From assembly GCF_009914755.1 (NCBI RefSeq), contig NC_060942.1: a DNA stretch of 64,000 nt, one strand, 5' to 3'. Positions 27,506 through 42,026 of this stretch are shown piece after piece. This stretch comes from the human T2T-CHM13v2.0 reference genome, Homo sapiens. A model generated the notes under the pieces. It ran no database searches, was not told the DNA's origin, and was given only the letters and a program-made list of their open reading frames with translations. Each line of letters opens with the position of its first letter. Within the stretch, counting starts at the first letter, position 1. Position numbers and translations under genes: made by a program.

Positions 27506-30136
27506 AGCCTGAGTAGGGTAATTTTAACCTTAAAAAGATTTCGATATATACCCAAAGCAAATAAAAATAGTTTTGTGATATTCAAGAGTGACACCTTCAT
27601 CAAAATAATTGACCAAAAAATTAAAGTATAATTTAAAACCCTAAATATATTTTTTGAAGAATATAGTAGAGCTTAGAAGTATAGCTTTAAATTTAGTATT
27701 TAAAATATGTTTCAAACAAATAATGGGAATTGATAAATTCATATCTCAATGAGGTAAAATCATTAGAGAAATAAATTCCCTAGAGGGAAAATTTTTATAG
27801 TTCATATCTTGATAAATTGTTTATCTTCTTGCATCACTCTTGTAACCAGTGTTCAAAATAGTAATAGGAAAACTAAAGACTGTAGAACCTAGTCCTCCAG
27901 CATATTTATCTATTTAAGAAAACAAAATGTTATATTTTATTCTAAAATAATACAAGATTATAATGGCTCTTTAACTTAGGTAATTGAATATTTAATTTAT
28001 TGATATTCTTAAAATGTTTCTTTCCAAACAGACTACTTTTTTTCAGTTTGATCTTCTTTCAAATGTAAACATGCAGTTTTTTTGTTTCTGAATTTTTATA
28101 TTAATTGCAGTTTATTAATCAATATTGATAAGCATTTCATGGGTATCAAGACCATTTGATTTGAGAAGCATTAAATCACCCCTTTATTAAGAAGGGTTTC
28201 TCTTATAATATACAATGTATCTTACTTTAAATAATTTGTTGGGTTTTTTAACATGCTACATAAAAAGAACAGCACAAAAACATGAACTTGATTAACCCAT
28301 GACAGCTTAATCTCATTTTCTCTATTCCATGGAGAAATGCTGCCTTCCATCCATATTCTGTGTCTGTCTCATGTTCAATAAAATCAAATGTGGTATTGCT
28401 TGGTGTCACTGAGCCATGTACATGCCTGGGTGGATGCCTGATCATAAAGCTGCTGGGAACCTGCAATAAGGAAGTGGGCTGGGAAGATTTGGAGAACATG
28501 CTAGAATGTTTATAATAAAAAAGAACCTAAAGTTAAACAGATAAGGCTTAATGAATGTATCCAGATATCTCACAAAGCATAACTTTGTTTTGGAGAAAAG
28601 TACATTTAGTCAACTTAAAATTTCAAAAAGTTTCATTCATTTCATCCAATCATTGATGGCCATGGTTCTACTGCCTGTTTATTTTGCTACTTTTCAGATG
28701 GAAATGATTTTCTTGCCACCGTTCTGTTTCACCCCAAATGTTTGTTATAATAATAATTATTATTACTGTGGTCCATCTGACTCATTTTGTAACTTTCTGT
28801 GATCATTATTTTGCACAGAAACAGATTAAATAAGAAAAAAATGATGAATGTACTGTAATGGTGAAAGAATAATGATAAGAATGTAAAAACCCTTTAAAGA
28901 AAGTAAATATGTTTTATACACAAACATTTATTGTTCTTTCTGCAGTATCCAAATTTTAAGGGAAAGGAATAATGCATATGCACACGATTAAACCTTTATT
29001 TCTTTATCAGGTTAAGTAGAATAGCAACAACAACAAAAGCATTTATATTTTGGTTTGTTTAATTCCTCCCACTTGAGGTAAGGTAATGTATTAGAAGGGA
29101 ATGGGAATGGGCTCAGAAGTTAATTTTGGTCCTACCATCCAAAGTTTCTGGGTTTTGACATTGAAAATGTTATTTATTTAATTTCAGTATTTCTGTTATT
29201 TTCAATGGGAAAGTAGAGATGCATATGTATCTTGGAAAGTTGAGATGATTAAATTAGGTAATAAATTAGGAATAGCTGTCCTGATGCCTGCCTTGCAGGA
29301 AGGCACTCCATGAGTGATTGCTATCCCTTAAATTGCTCTACAGGTAATTTTATGATGTCCTCATTGCTATAATAGTTGACTAATCCAACTCTAGAGTCCA
29401 CTAGTTAATGTATGTTCTAAGTACAAATCTTTATTCTCAATTTATGAAAGAGTTAGTATAGGAAAGAGTTATATTCTTTCCTTTTTATTAACTGACTTCT
29501 ATAAAGTATTAATGACTAACCTTGTGAAAGTGTTAAAGTACTTCTGAAGATGTCTGTTCCCAAGGAGCAATCTGTTTGCTTAAAGAATCTGCTTAAACAA
29601 ATGACTTTATTAAATAACCAGGTATTTCTAAAAAGAATGGTATTAAAGAGGCAATACGAAGAATATTAATTACAAAATTTTCATTTTAGCCCACAAGGGG
29701 GAAAAATAAAATGGAACAAGAAAATGGACATAGAAAATGCTCAGTCTGTTTGGATTTTTACCTTCCAAACATTGCAGAAAAGCTTAACACATAAGAACTA
29801 ATAATATTTAAATTATAATATCCCCCATTCCAAAGATCCAAGTGAGAACAGTAGGCCGTTGAAAGATACGTGCTTTTATGTGACATTATTTATGATAAAA
29901 TTAAGGTAAACATCTAGACATGCATTAGATAAACAGCAAAGTCTAGGATCTTATTATTTACATTATTTGGTTCAGGTACTTTTCTCTGAAATAAGCCTTA
30001 GATTTCTTCAGAAAAGGTAAATATAGAGGATAAATGCTTTCTATTCTTCTATACCATACTCTTCTGTAGCTTAATACATTGCATGTAGTCATGATATGTC
30101 ATAGTATAAAATAGTGGCAACATATGTTTCCTTCTA

Positions 30137-30640
<504 letters not shown>

Positions 30641-31809
30641 TTCTATCCATTTTAGAATCATGTATTTTAAAGCTTTTTTGGAATTCAAAGTATTTTTAAT
30701 GGAATATAATAAATGGTGGATTTATATGTGGATGCATTAAAAATAATAGAATATATACAAATGTGATTATCTAACTCTATGTGTGTGCATATATAACATT
30801 TTTTCTCCCTTTGCCATTCTTTTAAATATGTTTTTCTATGGGGAATATTAACTACATGTATTAGAAAATAAGATCATTATCACCATCAAGAACGTTGGTG
30901 GGAAAGCTATGTTGTAAGGGCAGGAGGATTTTTTAAAGTCTCGCACACATGGCAGTTACTGAATAACACGTGGCACAGCGTCCTTGCCCTCTATATGCTT
31001 ACTAGTATTTGGCTTTAAAGTATGTCCAGCTTCTTTCATTCATTGCCATTTTTTCTTCAAAATGTCACTTTACTGATATTTTTAATTATAATTCAGTGTG
31101 CTGCTTAAACTACTAAACAAGAGAAATTGTAAAATAGGGCAATATTTTTGTTTTGCCATGTACACTCACTTGTTTACGTAAATAGTTTAGTATACTGTGA
31201 TGTAAGGCACAGGTAGAGAAAGATGTGAATATAGTAATTTGAATATGAAGTGTATATATGCATTAATAAACATGTTTTCATGCAATTAAAATAATACATA
31301 TGCTTCTTATCTTGACATCTAGACATTATCTAGGCATATACATTTTATGTTACAATGTCAGTTATTTGTATTTATTATAAAATTATCTCCATTTAATGCA
31401 GTATTCAATATATTTTAAAGTATATGTATTACAGATGTATACTTGTACACGTATATGTTTGTGTGTATATATATATTTTTGTTTGTTTTTTTTTTCTAGA
31501 TGTAAATGTAGTCTTAGTTTAAATCTGGAATATCTTGCTAGGCTGGTTCTTTTCTTTCCTACATATACGAACATGATATAATAAAACAGATCATCTTGTT
31601 AACATACCTTTTATTTTATTCAGAAATAAAAAATCGTTTATTTACATTGCTCTAAAGACATTTATGAGTATTTCTATGCGATGTTATTTTAAACAGAACT
31701 TTTATCATTGATTGTGATGAAAGCTATTGTCGATAACCTTTCATGGACTTGATTTAGTGTTATTGGCAATCGCAGAAATGTCAAGAAACACTGTGGTTCT
31801 GGAGACTTA

Positions 31810-32052
31810 ACAAGGTGGTGACGATATTTCATAACTGTGTGGTGTACACTTGAAATTTACTGAAAGAGAAGTATTTACTGAATTTACTAATTTACTGAAA
31901 GAGAAGTATTTTCATCACCAAAAAATTAAGTGAGGTGATATGTTAATTAGCTTGATTGCAGTAATCATTTAACAAAATATATGCATATCAAAACATGTTG
32001 TACACCTTAAATATCTATCATTTTTATTTGTCAATTATATGTCAGTAAAGCG
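31810..32052 (+). mobile_element. L1MA/L1MB 3' end fragment
   Basis: tgtacacttgaaattt...gtgaggtgatatgttaattagcttgattgcagtaatcattt...tgttgtacaccttaaatat...ttttatttgtcaattata. Confidence 0.8.
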
Positions 32053-32408
32053 AGAAGCCACTTTGGTCACTTCCTTCACTTTTTATGCCAGATTGAGACA
32101 GTTTCTTCTATTTGGGTAATGAGTGCAAGGGAGGTCTTCTGTGATTTCGTGAAGTAGAATTAGTTTGGAATGTTGGAAGATGAATTTCCTGCAGCTTCTT
32201 CAGTCACTTTTCTTCAAATCAAGGAGTAATTTTATTGAAGAAAGTCCAGGGTACCCAGAGCCAATAGATTACTGAAGAGTTCAAGAGGTGAACTCTTTTT
32301 CAGTCTGTCTTTTCTGAACAGCTTATTTGAAATCTAAATATTTTATATATATGTAGAAGTTTTTTCCAGTTATAAGATCAATATGTTTCTATTACATAAT
32401 ATAATATG

Positions 32409-33117
<709 letters not shown>

Positions 33118-33132
33118 TAATACATATAAGCC

Positions 33133-33447
33133 AAAAAAAAAAAAAAAATGAAAGAAAAAAGGAAGATAAAAGAAGGAAAAATAATAAAACGTACAGAGAA
33201 AGGGAGAGAAATCAAAAAGTTGAAACAAAAAAAGAGAGAAAGGAATAAGGAAATAGAGAAAACTGGACATAAGAGGTGAGGAATAGAAGGAAGATGGAAG
33301 TTAGGAAAGATGGAAAATGGAAAGAAGTGAGGAAGAAAAATGAAGAGGAAGAGGGAAGGAAGGAAGAAAGGCAGGAAGAAAGGGAGGAAGGGAGGGATGG
33401 AAAAAGGAAGAAAGGAAGGGAGAGAGGGAGGGAAGGAAGGAAGGAAG
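33133..33447. repeat. Purine-rich (GA/GGAA) low-complexity tract
   Basis: Directly visible; source of several spurious ORFs. Confidence 0.9.
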
Positions 33448-34606
33448 TCTTTATACGTGTTATGCATTTAGTAATACTATAACTTGTGCATCTTTTTCTA
33501 AGTTCAATTTGTTTCCAGTCCAGTATGCATTTCCTTACGGATATTGAGCACAGAATGGGTTTTCTAATTTGCAAATTTCTGCTATTTAATCCCAATCATT
33601 TCCCCCAGTTTTTATTTTTGCTTGTTTATGTTTACCATTTTTTTTTTAACAAACTAGGATTTGTCTTCCTATAGAAAAATGGAGATTGTCAGTAAAGAGA
33701 AACAGAATAAGAGGCATAAATTAGAGGTTGAGGAATCGCTATTACCTGTCTTGATGCATCACCCAGTGGATTTAAAGGGACACATGACTGAAACAGACCC
33801 CAGGTATTTGAGCCAGGAAGATGGACAGAAAGGATATAATCATATGCTTGTGTTTTTGTCTTTTAAAAAAATATTCTTTAGTTACTTTGAGGTGAAGACT
33901 CACTGGATAAGTTCCCTTGTAGCTGTCAGGCAGAGATGTCATTTTCAACAATTTTGGAACTTGTGAGCCTACTTTGCAATAATTCTGACTTGTACTTCTG
34001 GCTATAGAAATTTCTAGGTTTAACATAAATATTCAGTACCCATTTCTGCTTCCTTCAGCTGTCAGCTTCAACTCATCTTTAAAAGTTTAACACGTTAGAT
34101 TTGTATAGCACTTAACTGTTTTTAAGTCAATTTCAGGAATAAAATTTCATTTTTTCTCAAACAGCCTTCAGATGTCAAAATTAATATCCTAATTTTAGAG
34201 AGAAAGGAACTCAAGTACACAGGGATGAACTGTTCTTTCCTGGGTTACCTGGACAGCCCCAGAAAGAAATAAGGTTACAACTCAACGTTTCTGAAGCCTA
34301 CGTTAGTGAAATGAAGATGATTCTGTTTTGCTTTGCTTTTCATTTTATAAGACAAGCATCTGTAGGAGGAAATGGACGATCTGGCTAACCTCTCCTTTCC
34401 CTAGTCAATGCACTGGATCTTCCTGTGTTTTATCAGTCCCACTCTAATTATGCCTCTAAGTGCCTTGAGTGGGAAGATTTTTTTTTTTTTTCCTCTGTCC
34501 TTCCACACAGAAGTGCTCAACTTCTAATAGCAACTTAGGTTGTCAAGTGACTCTGGCCATAAAAGGAACCTGGTAGCGATCCCTTTGACATGCGTTAATA
34601 CCTGAG

Positions 34607-34968
34607 TGTTATGGTTTGGCTGCGTCTCCACCCAAATCTCATCTTGAATTGTAATCCCCATGTGTCAAGGGAGAGGGCTTGGTAGCGGGTGATTGGATCA
34701 TGGGGGGCGGTTTCTCCCATGCTGTTCTCGTGATAGTGAGTGAGTTCTCACGAGATCTGATGGTTTTATAAGGGGCTCTTCCCCTTTTGCAATCTCCTTC
34801 CTGTCGCCTTGGGAGGAAGGTACTTGCATCACCTTTGCAATCACCGTGATTGTAAGTTTCTCAGGAACTCCGCAGCCATGCTGAACTATGAGTCAGTTAA
34901 ACTACTTCCTTTATAAATAACCTAGTCCCAGGTGTTTCTTCATAGCAGTGTGAGAACAGACTTATATG
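34607..34968 (+). mobile_element. MSTA/THE1D-like solo LTR
   Basis: tgttatggtttggctgcgtctccacccaaatctcatcttgaattg...catagcagtgtgagaacagacttatatg; TSD ctgag / ctaag. Confidence 0.92.
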
Positions 34969-36469
34969 CTAAGATATGTAAGTGGTCAGAGAGATTTAGA
35001 AAGTCCCGTCGCACTGAAATCAGTACCCATTTCATTTGATACTTTTCCATTTTTCACTCACTCATGCATTCATTTCCTCATTCAAATGTTTTTGCTGAGC
35101 TGCTATTTCTTGCTATGTATAAACCACTGTTCCCAATCCAGCTAATGCATAGCGAAGTAGCACCCCAGATTTCAGGAACATTTGCCACCAACGGACAGGA
35201 TTTTTTTTTTTCCAAGATAAAACTAAGACTGAAGAAAATAATGTTTAAAGATTCAAAAATAAGGGGGAAAGTATATTATGTAACCCTTAACAATACTTGG
35301 AGTGTGGGAGACTCAGCTTGCAATAAATGGTTGAATTCTCATTCCAATTTGTAAGACATCCCTGTATCATCCCTGTGGTTAAGGCTTTTGGGTGATGAAT
35401 GAATCAGACTTTTATATGCCTGGGTAGTTAGGCTGTTTTTGTTAAATGATTCATTAAACTCTGTAAATCCAGAAAGAAGAGCAAGTTAGAGGCAGTACAG
35501 TATTTCATGCATGCTTGTTAAGCTCTTTCTTCACATAATGAGCAGAGTTTCAAAACTTTTGACTACACTGCCGCTAGCAATGAAATACTTTCCTGAGATA
35601 AGTGTGGAGCATCTTCCTATTTTGAGAAGATATTTGCTGTGGATAGAGAAAATGGGCAAGAGCCAAGTTACCACACGTGCTCCATTGTCTCCAATGAATT
35701 TGTGTTGAGCATCAAAAATTATTTCTTATCCTATTTTGACAACTTTACTGTTTCCTTTAACTCATCAAGTTGTAATTCATTATGACAAAAAGTTCAGCTC
35801 TTTAAAACATGTTTGCAAGAAACCTTAATGAAGTATGATTTCTACTTATTAAAAAGAGAAAGTGCAAACACAGTTCTTAAATGTGCATGTATATTTGTGT
35901 GTGCTTCTGCTTTACATTAATCCCTGTGAAGTATAGGATTAAGTTTACCATAGAAGTTACATTTTGAAAATAATGTTTTTATGTCATACTTTAACATAAA
36001 TTTAGATAATACAGTAAAATGCAGGAACTAACAAATCATAGCATTACAAAATATAATTGAATTTGACTGGCTGTTGGTGAATTGGAATTTCATAGATGAC
36101 TTTACCACTAATTTAATCTATGGTCTTAGCAATATTAAGTAAAAATATGTCTGAATTTTTCTGTTAACAAGAAAGGCAAATTATACACTAACATATTATA
36201 GGGATATTTCCATAGGTAATTTATTTCTTTTTATCAATTCACTGCAGTCTTCATTAAATCTTTAATAAAATTACATCTTCATGTATGTTTTTCATATTTA
36301 TTACAATGGCCCTACTTTATTCTTTAAAGAGATGTACATTATCTGCTACTATGGCCTATGAAATTAAAGCACATCAGAGAATAGAAAATATGTTCTTACA
36401 TTGGAAGACTTTATGTTAGTTGCTGTAGTGAATTTCTATGATTTTTATATCGCCTTGTCCTTTATTTTG

Positions 36470-37197
36470 AATATAGTTCTAACCTTTTCAGACCAGAAGC
36501 AGGTCTCAGTTACCTGTGACACAGTTTCCAGTTCTCTGCCACACCCAAATGGCTCAAGCTGGTGGCCAGAGTAAAGAACTTAGGGTATCTCTCCTGCCTA
36601 GCAGGCGGGGGCTCCCACTTTCCCACTGCCTCCTTTAAAGGGACCATTCAGGCATTTCCCCATGAACTTAAAGTGACCCACACCCTATTGCTTTACGTAT
36701 ACACTGCTGGTTGCCACGCGTATTCTTTTTCTCTGCCTGCCTCTTCATTCTTGCATGAATGACTTGTTACTGCTCTCCTAACTCATTACACTCTCCTTTC
36801 CCAGAATCTGAAAGTAATAAATCCTTGAGCTCATTTTCTGCTGTAGTGGTGGGTTGATTTTGCACCTTCCATCCGAAGAAAAAGGGACTTCCCTAGCTGT
36901 GGAGAACACAAGGTCAGGCTCCTGGCACCAGAGGGAGAGCCAGGCAGGCATAAACTGCACACGGGTCAGACAAGAGCGATAAGGGCATCTGCTGGTATAA
37001 TCACCTTCTGGTCGTGGTTGTGAGTCACCTTCTGGTCGTGGGTGAGACAACCAGACATTAGGCCATCCACCAGGTAATAGAGCTGTGAAAGGCATGCTGT
37101 GAACACGTGGATCCACCTCCCCTTCATTTCCTAGTGGGTCAGGGCTGCTGGTGGATGTGGTACTGAAACCCCAGTTTAGCTTGGGGCTCTCAAAATA
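36470..37197 (+). mobile_element. ERVL-class LTR (MER54-like)
   Basis: AATAAA at ~36816, end ...ggtactgaaaccccagtttagcttggggctctcaaaata; contains a small tandem duplication tcaccttctggtcgtgg (37000-37041). Subfamily from memory. Confidence 0.6.
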
Positions 37198-40100
37198 GTT
37201 GCATTACTGGGAACTCCTCTTTACAATATGAACATTTAAGCTTTCTGTATTAGGTCTTAAACAGAAGTGAAAATATTTGATTTATATATAATTATTTAAT
37301 TTCCATAATTCACCTTCTGAATTGAGATATTCTGCACTGATGTAGGAACTTGTGGCTAATGTTAGAAAACCTGTTAATATTGTAATGATGTAGGAATAAA
37401 AAAACTATAATTGATTCTAAATTTAAAATATGAAATTTAAAGAAGGCTTTATGCCTTTTGCTTCCCACTTACAGAAATAAAATTTTAAAATATCTGAATG
37501 AGAGATGTAATCATTAGTCAATTTTCAGTATGTTATTCTATGTAAGCAACCTAGAAATATTTCTGATTTCTTTTATAGTAATAATATTTGAAGTTTCTTC
37601 AGTTGCCAAGTATTTTATAATTGAGATCTCTCTCTCCTCTCAACCCTGAAAACCTCTAACATTTTCTATGGGAAATTTCTATGTTTTACCTTTACAATGT
37701 CTGGGGAAGAAGTTGGGATTCTCTTCACCTTTTTGTTAATGGTTAAAGATGTCAACATAATTTTTATTTGTCATATTTAAAGCCTTTTTAAATACATATT
37801 GACACTACAGGTGATTGTCTAATTCCGGCAGGCAGCTGTTCTGATGTCCAAAGCATTAGATTAGGGGTCAGGACACCTGATTCTCATTATGTGTAATACT
37901 ATACACCTGTGTCCAGGACCAAATTGCTACTATTCTCTGGGGATTATTTACCTCATCTGTAAAGAGAAGAGTTTGGAAATAATTGATTATATCCTTTCTA
38001 CTCCAAGATTGCATAATTTCTTCTAAGGAATACTACTCATAAGTATGACTATTGCTTCCTATAAAGGAATTCTATTAGGAAAAAATTAGTGATTTTTTAA
38101 AAAGCACATGTTACTTGCCAGATGCCCATGGAATTTGCCACATATTTCATATGTTGAGGCAAATTCTCTTAAAAGTGTAAGCTCTGAGACTTAATTACAG
38201 AAGGACAAAAAGAATAACGTGGATCAATTTCACATAAAAATTCAAAAACCAAAAATTTGAGGTCATGAAAAATAGGAAGGTGAATATGAGCAAAGCCATT
38301 TCTACCCATTGAAACTGTAAAATCAATAATATATGAACCATGGAGGTTTCCATTAAACTGGTATGCAGATAAATCATATCCATCCACAAATGGTTTCAAA
38401 ACATGGAATTCTGGCATCAAAAAACAATCTGATTATTTTAATCTCTCTCTAATGTTTTCTTTTATTACTTTTCCATGCTTATGTTTTAAATGCCTGCTTT
38501 TATCTGAACAATGAAATTAGGGCTAGATTACTTATATTTGCTTATTTAGATAGTGAAAATGAGTCAAAAGTGTATTACTATTAGAGAACAAATATTACTC
38601 TATTATTATTTACAAAAGCAGGTGAATCTAAAATTACCTTAAATTAAAAAAAAAACATTAAAACAATAAACAAAGCAAGAGAAGCCTTTAATAGATTTCT
38701 GTGCAAAACACACTGATTCAGTTCTTAATACCATGTGGTTGCCAGCTATGTAGGGAAACTCAGACATGTATAAAGACTGATTCTAGCCTACTGCTTCCTC
38801 TCCTCCCACCCACACCACCCAAAAAGTAGAGGCGATCTAATTTTTAACAAATTCCATATGTAGTATCTGCATATATAAATCAGAAGGCTTGAGGCTCTTG
38901 AGTATTAGGCAGCTGTTCTAAGGGGTACACATTGATCTTCTAAATCCTTCCACATAACCTCTAATTCCTATAGGCCACAGACACTTCTCCTGCTTCTTCA
39001 TTGAATGCTGGGCTTTCCCGTATCTCTTGACAGCACCGATGTTTTCGACAGTCTATTTTTTTCTCTGTTTTGTGATCATTTGTCTCTACTGGTCCCTGAA
39101 GGCTGCTTTGCTCCATCTTGACTTCTCAAGGCAGAGTCAACATGGATGAGTTTTTTGCATATACACCAATGGATAACTCTTTGAGTAGAATGAGCCCACA
39201 GGATTACTAATCATAATGTAACCAACGCTCACTTTGCAGAATTGTTTTCAGGACCGAAAGTAAGCTTTACATGCTTCTGTGATGTGGAGGTATGTTCTCT
39301 GAGCTTGAGCTTTATCTTTTGGGATTTTGAAAAACTTGTTTAGAGAGGCAACATAGTTTGTGAAACGGTGCCCTTCTGTACTCCTTGAGTACCCTGGACC
39401 TGGGCCTCCACAAGTGTCATAATTCTTTTGTAACTCTTCTGCTTTAGGATACATTGTTTGACCTGGTGGCATAAAACAATAAAGTAAATGTAGCAATGGC
39501 AAGGCTGTGTCTTTCTTGTTTAGATTACTGAATGTACCATAGATGCTCATTAAATATGTGAATGAATGCATATGAGCATGTACGTATATGATGTACCATC
39601 ACTCGTCTCTCTTTCCACAACTCTAGCTATAATCGAATTTCTAAAGCCATACCTTTCTAGCTCCAGGATTGCCTTAGGAAATCTGTGGCCTAGGAGTTTT
39701 AGTGCTTTGCACTTAGATCAAGAGGGAGTTAGAGTCCATATGTAATAAAACCTTCTATCCACCTACATCTGATTACAGGCAACTTCTGATAGCAAGCATT
39801 GATTAATCATAGTTTGTAATTGAAACCACACACCAGGTCACTAAAATTCAAAATTATAATCAAAGCTTCTTAATAAACCAAAGCTAAGTAAAAGTCATAA
39901 AAATTGTCAGAGGATAATTCTGTCTAGGTTGTATTCCCTACTTTTGTATATAGGGTCTTCTTTTTCAAATCTTCCTGAAAAGCATGTCTCTAATTATTAA
40001 GGAAGCATGTAACCACCAGGACTTCCCATTTCATATATGAACAATCTGAACTTGTTAGGGAAAATTTTCTTTAAAGTAATCACAAAGATTAAGGTTTTTA

Positions 40101-40639
40101 GGACAGAATCTTTATGACATTCTGAATTCAGCCCATCACCTGGAAATACATGCACATGCTCTTTATAAACACATGTGCCCATACACAAACACACTTATAA
40201 ACCTATCACACCTTAACATGTGACCCAATGTAATACAACCTTAAGAAATTTTTATTTAAGTTCTATAAAGCTAGGTGGGATATTTAAGTAGAAGTAAAAA
40301 ATAGTATTGAATTCTAGATGCTGTTATTCAGAATATGAGTCCAGATAACCATTTATCTTTAATGAGTCTCCTCTTATCAGAAAATAATGAGACTTTTTAG
40401 AGCATTATGAAAAATCTTCACCTGTAATTTTAGGATGGAAGGTCCTTCAAATACCAAAAAAGTGCATTCAGAAAGGTGGGCTTAATTCTTCCCCTCTGCA
40501 TTTTTTTTCTAATAAAGTTAAAATACCCTTGAAATCTAGCAAAGTGTTGAGCCATGTTATATAAGAAGGATCCAGGTACATCTAACAGGTAACATTGATT
40601 GCTCTCTTACGCAGTGCTAAGAATTTCTGTTAGCATGTG

Positions 40640-40775
40640 TTATCTGCCTTCTGTCGTTTAGGCAACTCAGGCATGGTGAGTTTAAGTGACTTAAACTCAC
40701 CACTTGCTTAAACTCACCACTAGTTAAGTGCGAGTTCAGGTCAAACCCAGGCAGCGTTACTGGAATGCTGACCTC
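40640..40775 (-). mobile_element. MIR core fragment containing a perfect palindrome
   Basis: gagtttaagtgactt...ctagttaagtgcgagttcaggtcaaacccaggcag matches the antisense MIR core. Confidence 0.65.
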
Positions 40776-41575
40776 ATATGGCAGCAATCTGACTGGTGAT
40801 TGCACTGAGAGACAATGCACATGGCATAAGAACAGCTCCTTTACGCTCCTCTTGATGAAGAAGAACAGGTGGAATACTTCATATACTTTAGATATTGATG
40901 TCACTATAAGCAGCTTTGACTTTGAGTTCAGAAAGCAATTGATGGGAATGCAGGCTTCTAGAAGTATAGCTGTCACACAGATTTAGGGTCTGAAAGCAGT
41001 TTTCTGGTTTACCTTTTGGCACACAAACCTTCTCTGGTAAGGGACTGAACTTAATTGGAGTCTAAGATCCGGTAGAGAGAGCCATATTGATACTTATATG
41101 AATTCTAGAGTTTTGGTGAAAAAAAATCAAAGGTAAGTAAGTGCAAAATAAATTGTTTTGCAGGCATAAATATTCAAACATATAAATATATGTCAGGTAT
41201 AAATATACATATTAATATGTGAATATATTATATATAAATATAGTCAGATATAAATATTTAATCATCATAGATTTAGACCGAAGGAGGACAACATAAAGAA
41301 CATTACTCATTTCTTTGAGTTGCTGGGTATAGCTCAATGATGGTGGATCTTGGGTACCAGAAAAAAATGTTGTTAAATGGGGGCACTTGAGTGGGGGCAT
41401 GTCTGGGTCGTGCAGTCCAGGCTCTGTAACTGAACAAGGCTTATGAAAGTGTCCCATATGTCACTCTCTGATAATATGAGATTAGAGAAACCTAACTGGT
41501 ATTCTTAAACTGTGGGGCTTTGACTACACTTGCCCAGTGGTCATGATTTGAGGCTGAAATTCAGTTCTAGAATAA

Positions 41576-42026
41576 AAGCAGTTCTCAATGTAAGATTTGC
41601 AGAGAGCTAGGGCTGCTTGAGACCTTTTTAAGGTATTCTGGAAGTAAAACCTATTTTCATAGTAATAATAATAATATTAAACTGTTAAGCTTTTCAGAAA
41701 CTACATGACAAGTGATGTTGCAACAAATTGAATGCAGAGGCATATGTGAGAATCCAGCTGATGTTAAAGGATTTACCAAAATGTAAAATAATGACACACT
41801 CCACAATATGTATTTCTAAAAAATGTGGCTATGCAAAAAATGTTATTTATATTAACACATACTGATTTATTATTTTAAATTAATTAATCAATTTAAAGTG
41901 TCTTAATTTCTAATATGGTAAATATTGATAGTTATAACCCACATAAGAAAAAACTCTGTAGGGAGGGTTCTCAATAATTTTTAAGAGTACAAAGTGGCCC
42001 TGATGCCTAAAATCTTGAGAATACTG
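41576..42026 (+). mobile_element. Charlie1b-like internally deleted hAT transposon
   Basis: Charlie1 5' end (gcagttctcaa...ctattttcatagtaata) joined to the 3' end (ttctaatatggtaaatattgatag...ataacccacataa...ctcaataatttttaagagt...gagaatactg). Confidence 0.8.

Noticed and set aside
39740-39754. 15-mer ATGTAATAAAACCTT also present at 62443-62457
   Set aside because: Flanks do not align, and a few shared 15-mers are expected by chance in 64 kb of AT-rich DNA.
41130-41138. Consensus splice donor AAG/GTAAGT
   Set aside because: Isolated 9-mer with no supportable exon or ORF.
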